A stretch of DNA of 64,000 bases, taken from positions 124,057 to 188,056 of the forward strand of contig CAXHJY010001750.1 in the NCBI GenBank assembly GCA_964016885.1. The letters are read 5' to 3'. The notes beneath the pieces were generated by a model. The model was not told the origin of the DNA. It was given only the letters and a program-made list of their open reading frames with translations, and did no database searches. The stretch comes from Eledone cirrhosa. Lineage: Eukaryota. The position numbers were made by a program, and so were the translations under genes. This document shows, one piece after another, positions 31,001-42,800 of this stretch (position 1 is its first letter; every line of letters starts with the position of its first letter).

Positions 31001-34000
31001 CCTGCCAAACAAAGGGTTGGGAGAACTCTTCAGTTGTGTCAAAGACATGGACAATCCCATAGTGCTGGTGCCACAATAAAATGCACAGGAATGTCTGTTA
31101 GTGTGATGCAAGCTTCTGGCCTGTCTGGCATTCAGTAGAACATATGTAAGCGAGATGTAGACTCCTGGCCCCTCGGAGAGGTCAGTAACTCCACATGAGT
31201 AAATACAGTCTGTGGAGACTTCTCCAACCCTTGCTAGCAGGGATGACATATGTTAAATGTTGATGATGCTGATGATACACACACTTACACATACTATGTC
31301 ATGTATGTTTTGTTTTGTATTTTTTCTATTTAGTGATAAAAACTTTGGAAAATGGGAGAAACATACAAGAGGAATCGGTCAGAAACTTCTAGAAAAGGTA
31401 ATTTTGGATTACAAAAGCCTTTGCTGATTATGACTAGTCTTTACCTTTATCTATTAATAGCTATATTTTCATTTGGATATAACTAGCTTTATCTGGTTAT
31501 AACTAACTTTTATTTTGTTAAAGCTAGTCTATATCTGTGAAGGTGCATGGCTGAGTGGTTAGAGAATTAGATTCGCAAAGATGAGGTTATGATTTAGATT
31601 CCCAGACCAGGTGATGTGTTATGTCCTTGAGCAAGACACTTTATTTCATGTTGCTCCTTCTCCCTGGATTTGCAACTGATAGATAGTATTAGCAAATAGA
31701 AACATTGTTTCCTCGGTCTGATTTGACCAGCTCCACCCCACTCAATATGTGAATGAGGTCTGGGATCTTGTCAATCGACTGTTGATATCTGTTTATAACT
31801 CGTCTCTATCTGACTATGAGGGCTGGCTAAAATGTTCATAGGCTGACCAAGATACACTAATGGAATGATCAAATGAGATTTATTTTTTAACATAGTTCCT
31901 GGCATTTATTTATAAGAAGTGTTGAAATTATTGCATGCAAGATTTCACAGCAATAGCATCACTCCTTCATAGTCAGCCTATGAACTTTTCAGCTCACCCT
32001 TGTATAAATAATTGTATCTGCAGCTGGTTATTACAAAAATAATAATGTTTTTTTTTTTCAATAATAATGATAATAATGAAAATTATTGTGTATAGTGTTC
32101 AGGTGCACTGCAACTTATCAAAGGTGCATGTATAGTACATAGAATATTGTACAAATGTCAGGGAAGTGAACAGTGTATGAGTCATGATATACACACAGAC
32201 ATACATACATGCATGTGTATGGAGAGGGAATATCAGCTGTAGGTGTAGTGTTGGTGAATTTTGGGAAGCATGGAGGTTTTGAAGGCATCAGTGTCCCGAC
32301 AGCTAACAACTGATGCAAGTAGTTTATTCCATGCTTCAGCAACTCCGAGCATGAAAAAATGTTTCTGAAAGTCAATGGAGCTGTGCTATTTTCTGATTTT
32401 GTAAGCATGTCCATGGATATTTATATTTTGTTGTATTTTTTCTGTAATTCTTTGATGTCACCCTTCGTCATCTGGTTTTCTTTTGCTGACAAATTTCAGA
32501 TGGGTTACGAGAAAGGCAAAGGGTTAGGAAAAACTGCCCAAGGTATCACTGCACCCATCGAAGCTGTGAAACGTCGTCGTCGTGCTGGGCTGGAGTTCAG
32601 TGGCGCCGAGAGAACTCAGCAGTCTTTGAAACACTATCCTGTACAAGATTCTGATGAGGAGGAAGAAACTGAATTTAAGAATGAACTTCATCAGTGGAAA
32701 AGGGAACCTCTGGTGAGTCTCTGTTTTTTTTAATATCTGGTTATAACTAGTCTCTCTCTAGTGATAACTAGTCTTTATCTAGCTATAACTAGTCTTTACC
32801 TGGTTATAACTAGTTTTTATGTAGTTATAACTAGTCTTTATCTGGTTATAACTAGTCTTTACCTGGTTATGAATAGTCTTTATCTGGTTATAACTATACT
32901 CTCAATAGTTATAAGTATCTCCCTCTCTAGTTATAACTAGTTTTTATCTGGTTGTAACTAGTCTTTCTGGTTATAATTAATCATTGTCTGGTTATTACTA
33001 GTCTTTATCTGGCTATGAGTAATCACTATTTGGTTATAACTAGTTTTTATCTCCTGACTAGTCATTTGGTTATTATCTGGTTATGGCCAGTCATTATCTA
33101 GTTATGACTAGCCATTATCTGGTTATAACTAACATCTGTCAGATTATAACTAATTTTTATTTGGTCATATCTGGATATAACTAGTCTTTATCTGGATATA
33201 ACTAGTTTTTATCTGGTTATTATGAGCATGTATTATCCTTTATTTCTAAACGAGTCCATGAATATTCATGATTGTTAAGCCGAGGGTTCGATTATCAGAT
33301 GGAGTAGAGCATTGTGCCCTTCAGCAAGACATTTCATTTCATTTGTCTTTGATTCATTTCAGGGAAATAACCGTAAGCCAAAGTATGTCTATAAAACAGC
33401 ACAGGATGTCATAGAGTCTGGTTTGACACGAAAGAAACGTCCGATTCAGTCAAGTGAACTGTCAAAGGTGAAGGTCATTGACATGACTGGCAAAGAGAAA
33501 CGAGTACTTTCAGGTATTTTATGCTTTTATTTCTAACATCTTTACACCAATCTTTTTAAAATATATATATATATGTCATAATAATGGTAATAATATCATC
33601 AACCCTTTAGCATTTAAACTGGCCGTATCTGGCCAGAATTCTCTCACCTCTTTCTATTCAAACTGGCTTTAACCAGCCACTCATACATATGTTAAGGTAT
33701 TGTTCTCAAAATAAATAATATCCAAATCTCATAGATTCGATATTATGTGAGATAATAATGTAAGGTAAAGACTTTATCATGAAAATATAATAATAAATAT
33801 TGAGTAATGTAAATACTAAATAGTTAATAAATGGAGTATCAAAACTGCTTTACTGGATGGTTAAAAGCTCAATGCAATGGGGTTCATGCAGAGCTGTTAT
33901 ATACTCATTTTAAAAACACCAGAAACATTTATCCATTTGACAATGTCTTGAATCTTTTGTGTTTATAAAATTAGTGTATATATATATATATATATATGTA

Positions 34001-37000
34001 AAAGGTAAACAGAAATAACAACACAATCGGTACAGTATATGGAAGGTATATATTAGGTTAACGCTTGATATAGCAGGAAGAGGGTCTTAACGTTTCAGAC
34101 GCTAGTCCTTCATCAGAAGAAAGAATGAGAAATAAAATAGATTGAGGAGACGGGCGGGTTGGAAGTGGAAAAAATATCTTTAGATAAAAATAACAGGTCC
34201 ATTCATGTTGACATATATATATGTTTGAATTAGAAATCAATATAAAATACCAAATAAGATATAATTTGAAGAAAATTTGGTTGCTATTTCTTGCATGTTG
34301 AATGATCACTAAGAAGTTCCTTTATTAGCTATATGTTTGTTTTATTTGGTAGGTTACCATGCCATCTGTCAACGTCACGACAAACCAGATGATGATGATG
34401 ATGTTATTGAGTCAACTCCTAAGACACGCACAGCATTTGATGTCCCTGAACTGGTCCACAATCTGAACATCCTTGTCAACATGTCTGAAGTGGACATTAT
34501 ACAGAATGACCGCAAGTATGAGAACATCATCATCATTTAACATCTGTTTTTCCTGCTAGCAAGGGCTGATAATTTCAATCTTATTTAATTGAATTTGTTA
34601 TATGTAATCATCATCACCGTTTAAGAGCTATTTTTCCATGCTTGCATGGGTTAAAGGGGTCGTCCACATCATGAGACAAGTCTGGCCGGTTGACCATGCT
34701 ATACCTTGCTCAGACAGAACTGTATTTTAGCCTGGATTTTTACAGCTGGATGACCTTCCTAACACCAGTCATGTTTACTGTGTGGAATGATAATAGTAAT
34801 AATTTCTAATTTAGACACAAGGCCAACAATTTGGTGGTGGAGGAATATTTTGTTTACATTGAAACAGTGCATAACTGGTACTTTCTTTTATTAACCCTCG
34901 GAAGGATGAAAGGCAGAGTTGAACCAAGAACGTAAAGAGCTAAAGCAAATACATGCAAAGCATTCTATCTTACGCCCCAACAATTTAACAATAATTAAAG
35001 TGGGAATTAAAAAGATTTGGGACTGCCATGAGATCAAGATCGTCCCGATTGTCATTGGAGCACTAGGTACTATCTCAAAGAGTTTTCAAGGATGATTAAA
35101 GAACATTAGTCCAACCCCCTTTTTTTGGAACACTTCAAAAGGCATGCTTGCTGGGAACAGCAAGAACCCTCCGATACGTTCTGAATAACTGAGGCAGGTA
35201 GAGGCTTGATGTTCATTTGAACAAACTTTCCAGCTAGATAACATGAATGACAGACTCCAATAATAATAATAATAATAAAGGTTTCTGATTTAAGCACAAG
35301 GCCATCGATTTTGCGAGGAGGGAAAAATTGATTAAATCAACTCCAGTGTGTTACTCGTACTTTATTTTATTGAACCTGTAAGGATGAAAGGCAGGATTTG
35401 AACTGAGAATGTAAGGAGCTGCCAATCCACTGCCATTTTATAATAACAATGATAGATCCAGTGTATTTTAAATAGGAGTCATCTGTGAATGTGACAGTTT
35501 AGGTGTGCATTAACATGGTGAAACATTCCAGAAGAATGATTTCAGGATCAAAATAAACAAACAGGGCAAAAAAATACAGATGAGTGTTAAGCTAAATATA
35601 AAAGAATTAATAGTTTTGTATTTATAGTCCTATGCGAGCAAGACAACCACTCTTGCCTCAAGTGGGAAAACCCCCGTCCAAACCCATGCAAGCGTGGAAC
35701 ACGGACGCTAAACCTGATGATGATGATGATGATGATGATGTTTTGGACAGTGGTTATGAGTGCACTGCTCTACCCACTAGGCTAGGCAACTATGATAGAT
35801 AGAAAGCATTCATTAATTCTAATCTGTTGCATTCTGTTTTGATATTTCAACAGATTACGCTATAACAAAGATCAGATTGTCAACATGAACCATGAGAAGG
35901 AACGGCTTGATGTAGTCTGTGAACAGGAGAAGACGCAGTGTGATCGACTACAAGAGATTCTGGATATGGTTGAAAGGTATTTTTTCATTCCATCTCTATA
36001 TATCTATCTATCTAGCTCTATCTTTATCTCTATCTCTCTATATATATCTATCTATCTAGCTCTATCTCTCTATATATATCTATCTATCTAGCTCTATCTC
36101 TCTATATATATCTATCTATCTAGGTCTATTTATCTTTATCTCTACCTATCTAGCTATATCTATATGTTTATAGCGCTAACTTTATCTATATATCTATCTA
36201 TCTTTATCTCTATATATCTAGCTCTATCTATCTATCTCTGTATATAGCTCTAACTTTATCTATATATCTATCTATCTTTATCTCTATATATCTAGCTCTA
36301 TCTATCTATCTCTATATATATAGCTCTAACTTTATCTATATATCTATCTGATTGCCTGTGTGTCTATTGTATATTTTACTGTAAACTACTGGAGTTGGTA
36401 GAGTAACAGGAATGTTAGGACCACAAACTAAATTGAAAGATTTCCTTGTCCTGTTTCCATCGAATCAACTGTAACAGCAACCTTTCACTTCTACAGCTTC
36501 TTTTGTTCCTTTTGCTCTGCATGAGGCCTTGAGTGATGAGGCCAGGTATTTGCTTGTCATTTCTGTAGCAATTTTGATCAATAGAGGTAAGGCTGCTAGC
36601 CCCACCTCACGAGGCTCCTTCCTGAGATGGGCTGCTGTCATTCCAATTTTATGGTGGAGGTCAGCTGTATGGGGTCGAGGACGCCTGAGGTCATGATGAT
36701 GACCAGTGCAAAGAGGAAGCAGCTGAAGAAGCCCCAGTAATTGCTTATCTTCCTGTTCTCTGCATTGTGGCCGAAGCGACTAGGTTGGAAGCAGAGAACG
36801 TATTGCAGCATGTTGCACCCCAGATAAGGGATTTACCTCCCTTAAAAGAGAAGAGGGTAATTCTGTTGGGGCACTTATTACCTTTACTGTTGAGGCCTGC
36901 TAGTTGTAGTTGTGATGGAAAGTCAGCTGCATCTAGATTCCTCTTATTATGTCTTTCTGTCTCTCATCTTCTAGTGTTTGACTATGGCCAGTTAGTTTAC

Positions 37001-39776
37001 TTACCTCTCTCTTTTTCAGTTGTCAGAAGCGAACCCAGACTGACTGTGAAGATGCCATGAGTTTAGACGAGTGTGTCAATCTGTTCAAGAAACTACAGGA
37101 GAACTATTATGAAGAGTACAAACTTTATGACCTCGGAGCTTTGGCCATAGCACTGGTCTTCCCCATGGTAAGAGATATATTACACCTCCTCTTCTTTTTC
37201 TTCCTCCTCCCTCTTCCCTCCTACTCATCACCATCCTCCCCCTACTCACCATCTTCCGTCCCTCTTCTTCATCCATCATCTTTTTCCCATTTCCTCCTCC
37301 ACCATCTCATCTCCTCCCTACTTTCCAGAGTGTACCCGATGTAATCGTGTCCGATGCTTCCATCGATTTTTGCTAATCCGCTCACCACTGTGCACCTGTT
37401 GTGTATTTATTTCAGATGAAACAGTTTTTCAATTCCTGGGAACCCCTGAAGGAGAATTCTAAGGGCGTGGAGGTGATGGCCGAGTGGCGCTGCATTCTTG
37501 AAGATTCCAACCACAAATACAGCTACGACGCCAACAACATGGATGTCTTCCAGAGACTGGTCTGGGACATCTGGATGCCGGTCATACGGAAAACCATTCT
37601 GTGAGTTGGTCAAAGTGTTGGTGGTGGTGGTGGTGCTTTGTGATATTAGATTGCGGTGTGGTGGTGGGGTTTGTGATGTTAGATTGCAGTGTATTGCTGT
37701 TGATGGTGTTAATGGTGGTGGTTGTGGTGGTGGGGTTTGTGATGTTAGATTGCAGTGTATTGCTGTTGATGGTGTTAATGGTGGTGGTTGTGGTGGTGGG
37801 GTTTGTGATGTTGGATTGCAGTGTATTGCTATTGATGGTGTTAATGGTGGTGGTTGTGGTGGTGGGGTTTGTGATGTTGGATTGCAGTGTATTGCTGTTG
37901 ATGGTGTTAATTGTGGTGGTAGGGTTTGTGATGTTGGATTGCAGTGTATTGCTATTGATGGTGTTAATGGTGGTGGTTGTGGTGGTGGGGTTTGTGATGT
38001 TGGATTGCAGTGTATTGCTGTTGATGGTGTTAATGGTGGTGGTTGTGGTGGTGGGGTTTGTGATGTTGGATTGCAGTGTATTGCTATTGATGGTGTTAAT
38101 GGTGGTGGTTGTGGTGGTGGGGTTTGTGATGTTGGATTGCAATGTTGTTGGTGATTTTAACCCTTTAGCATTTGCATTACTTTATATTTACTATTGTATT
38201 TTTATGGTAAAGGCTTTATCTCACATAATTATCTCATAATATTGAATCTATGAGATTGGATTGGCAGTATCGGTAGAGGGTCGGACGCCATGCTTTGACG
38301 CATAGAGTTACAGCCCTTGCCATTCTAAGTTCAAATCCTGTCGAGGTTAACTTTGCCTTTCATCCTTACGAGGTCGATGAAATAAACTACTAGTAATGCA
38401 CTGGGTAATTGCTGGCCTTGTGCCAAAAGTAGAAACAATTATTTAATTTAAGAACAATACCTTGAGATCAGCTGATTTGAACAGAAAGAGGTGAGAGAAT
38501 TCTGGCCGTATGTAGATATAGCTGGTTTAAATGCTAAAGGGTTAATAGTGGTTGTGGTAGTGGTGTTGTAGTGTACATTGGTATGTATGTGTGTATTGGT
38601 GTGTATGTATTGGCAGAGTGTCGGACACCATGCTTTGCAGCATAGAGTTATGGTCCTTTATGGTCTGAGTTCAAATCACGCCATGGTTAGCTTTGCCTAT
38701 ATATATGTATATATATATGATATTGCGGGGTCGATAAAATAAAGTACCAGTCGCACACTGGGGTTGATTTAATCGACTCTCCCCTCTCCCCAAATTGCTG
38801 GCCTTGCGCCTATAGTAGAAATTATTAATACTATAGTGACAGTGTGTAGACACAGATCAGCAATGAGCTATGCAAGTCTTCTAAGACTCATGTAACATGT
38901 AATATGTTTTTTTCTGGAATCTTCCAGGCAGTGGAATGTGAGGGAGTGCAATCCATTGATCGACCTACTGGAGGTATGGATGCCAGTCCTTCCCTCTTGG
39001 ATATTGGACAACATTCAGGACCAACTGATTCTGCCGCGGTTAATGCAGGAGGTAGAGAACTGGAACCCACTGACAGACACCATGCCCATTCATGCATGGC
39101 TACACCCCTGGCTACCGTTAATGGGTAAGAAGTTAAACCTTAGCTCATTACCTTCTCCCTTTCCCTCCATCCCTCCTCTCTTCCTTATTGTGTGTAAGGG
39201 CGGTGGATTGGCAGTATCGGTAGAGTGTCGGGCGCCATGCTTCGCAGCATAGAGTTACGGCCCTTTACGGTCTGAGTTCAAATCCCGCCGAGGTTATGTT
39301 TGCCTTTCATCCTTACGGGGTCGATAAAATAAAGTACCAGTAATGCACTGGGATAATTGCTGGCCTTGTGCCTAAAGAAGAAACAATTATTAGACCCTCT
39401 TTGGCCCTTTATGTTCTAAGTTCAAATCCCGCCGAGGTTAGCTTTGTCTTTCATCCTTACAGGGTCGATAAAATAAAATACCAGTAATGCACTGTGGTGG
39501 ATTTAATTGACTTTCCCCTCCTCTTCAAATTGCTGGTCTTGTGCCTAGAGTAGAAACAATTATTAGACCCTCCTCCATTTCTTGGCCCTCCTCTCCTCCT
39601 ATAGCTTTCCCCATTATCTCTTTTTCCTCATCCTCCTTACTTATTTTTTCAAGCCTGCTTACTTATTTTATCAATCTCTTTTTGTTGAACCACTAAGTTA
39701 CAAGACATAAACAGAGACTGACATACAAAAGTAAACACAGTCACAGACACACACCTACCCAAGCACTCACTCACAT

Positions 39777-39810
<34 letters not shown>

Positions 39811-42800
39811 CCGTTTAACGTCCATGTTCCACGCTTGCATGGGTTTGGACGGGAGTTTTCCCACTTGAGGCAAGAGTGGTTGTCTTGCTCGCATAGGACT
39901 GTCTGGCAGGTTTTCTACAGTTGGATGCCCTTCCTAACACCAACCACATTTACAGTGTGGGGCTGGGAGGTTTTTACCGTGTTGCCTACACGGCCACATT
40001 ACAGCGTGGACTGTGTGTTTTTTTGTCGTGACACCTACACGATCTCATTTGTTTCGGCCTGGTATATACATACATATATATATGTGTGTGTGTGTATATT
40101 TATATATTTATATATATATATACACACACACACATTCATACCTCCACAACAGGATTCTACAGTTTCTGTCTACTAAATTTCACCCACAGGGTATTGGGCA
40201 AGCTGAGATTTTAGTAGAAGTCACAGTGGGGTTGAACCTGAAACCATGTGGTTGTAAAATGAACTCCTTAAACCACACAACCATGCCTTAAAAATTCTCT
40301 ATTTTCTTCACCAGGAGACAAGCTTGAACCTTTGTATGCCCCGATCCGACACAAACTCGCCAATGCCCTCAACAAGTGGCACCCATCAGACTCGTCGGCT
40401 AAGGTTATACTTCAGCCATGGGTAAGTGTCTTTAAACCTGGCCACATGGAGGGCTTTCTGGTGAAGAACATTCTACCTAAGCTTGAACTCTGTATGCAGG
40501 AGTTTGTCATCAACCCACACCAACAAATCCTTGGTAAGTGTAACATTTGTTAATAATAATAAAATTAATAATATTAAGAGATCTATTCATTCCATGTATT
40601 TCATCATTTATCATCATCATTATTTCCGTTCAGCATCAATTCTTCCATGCTTGAATGGGTTAGATATAAATTTTTGATCAGCGTTTTGAAAATTGACCTG
40701 GTAGCTATATTATTTTATGTATTTAAAATCGAATTTTACAGTTGTCAATCGATTATTGATGATAGCAGTTTCAAGACAAGAATCAATTGCTAATTCGGCA
40801 AGGAAACATATGTTAATGCTTAGAATAATCCCTATTATATCACTTATCCGTGTTAAACCTCTTTTTACCTGTTATATATATATATATTGGACCTATTATT
40901 TTTATCTAAAGACATTTTTTACAATTCCATCCCGCCCGTCTCCTTGATCTATTTTATTTCTCATTCTTTCTTCTGATGAATGACTAACGTCCATAATTGT
41001 TAAGACCCTCTTCCTGCTATATCAAGCGTTAACCTAATATATACCTTCCATATACTGTACCGATTGTGTTGTTATTTCTGTTTACCTTTTACATACATAT
41101 ATATATATATATATCTGTCTATACATAAGGCTGGCATTAAATTCATAGATATATTTTGTAATACAGAATAGCACTGAAATATAACACTGTCAACCAGTAA
41201 TATGTATCTCATGTAAGAATAGCCTGGCATGAAAAATAATAATTTTACTTTGTTTCCCTTTTTGTTTTATCCAGAACCATTACATTGGATGATGTCTTGG
41301 AGAGATATCATTGCTCTTCCACACTTAATATCAATAGTGGAGAAAACTTTATTCCCAAAGTGGTTACAGGTGCTCTGTACCTGGCTTAGCAACATGCCGA
41401 ATTATGAAGAAGTGACCAACTGGTATCTCGGATGGAAGTCACAGTTTCCAGAGGAATTTCTCAACCATGCTTTCGTGAAAGGTAAGTGTAATATATTGAA
41501 GCTGTCTGCATTTGTTGAACTGTTTGTGTTGACACAGTTGTAATGTGCTGAATATCTAGACTTTACACTATATATTTCATATAACTCATTATACTATTTA
41601 GCTGTGCTGTTTACAGTAACTACATGACTAAAAGTATAACATTTGTCTCAAGTCCAGATGCTCATCATGCCAGTCCTTATCTCAGTTTCCCTGGTGTTAA
41701 GTGACTGAGAGTACAAGACTCCATCCTGGACAGGACACCAGTCCATCACAGGTTTAATTTCCCAGCTATTGTTGGTACTCATTTTCAGTTGAGTATACAG
41801 GAGCACTGTGAAATGACGTGTGCTAACTTCTTATAATTTCTACCTAGTGCTGTTACCACAACAAATAGCACCTTGTACGGTTGTCATGCTTGATGTCGTG
41901 ATAAAATGCACCTAGTCCACCCTGTAGAGTTGTCATGCAGGTGCCACAACAAAAAGCACCCAATCCACCCTCTTAGATGGTAGTGCTAATGCCACAATGA
42001 AAAGCACTGTCACCCTGTAAGATGGGTAGAGCTGATGATATGACAAAAAACATCCAGTCCACCTGGTAAGAAGCTTATACTGGTGCCATGTCAAAAAGCA
42101 CTCTGTCTATCCTATAAGGTGGTAGTACTGGTGCCATGGAAAACATGCATTCTCTCTAGTATCTAGAAAGAATGTATGTTTGTATGGTGCGGTGGTTTAA
42201 GATGTGTTAATGGTCTAGTGTTGTTTGGCAGTGAAGGTATATGATCTACAGTAACTGAATAGTAAGTTGATGGTACGGGTTGTTGTATGACATGGTGTCG
42301 ATGTGACTGTGGTGAGCTATTATGTAGCTGTCAAGGCAGAGGACCTATAATGACTGTATAGTGTTGTGTGGTATTGAAAGTAAAGGACCTGTGGTGATTG
42401 TGTGATGAGTGTACAAGAGTGAGTGCGAGGGTTGTTTGATGTATTATGGTGGGAATTGTGTGATAAAAACTGATGTCTCTATTTTATTAATAAGTATTTT
42501 ATTAATAATTTTTCTTCTTTTTTTTTCCTCACCTCTCCACTACTACCACAACTTTCACAACTCTTCAACTAAAAGACCAGTTCAACAGAGCTCTCGATAT
42601 AATGAACCGGGCAGCTACTGGCTACTTCCAGCCTGGGGCTAAAGAAAACATGGCTTACTTTGCACACAACGAACGCCGTCAGATGGGGACAATATCAGCC
42701 CCGCCACCACCACCTTCATCAGTGTTGAACATGCTTCCACCCAATTCAGGAGTTTCTCATCACCCACCTCAAGATTATGATGTAAGCTTAACCATGTTGC

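Noticed and set aside
32735-33222. CRISPR-like palindromic repeat array
   Set aside because: No unique spacers; eukaryotic intronic tandem repeat.
37498-38239. Cys/Gly-repeat and mucin-like Thr/Asn ORFs
   Set aside because: Products of a 66-bp intronic minisatellite; no splice or start context.
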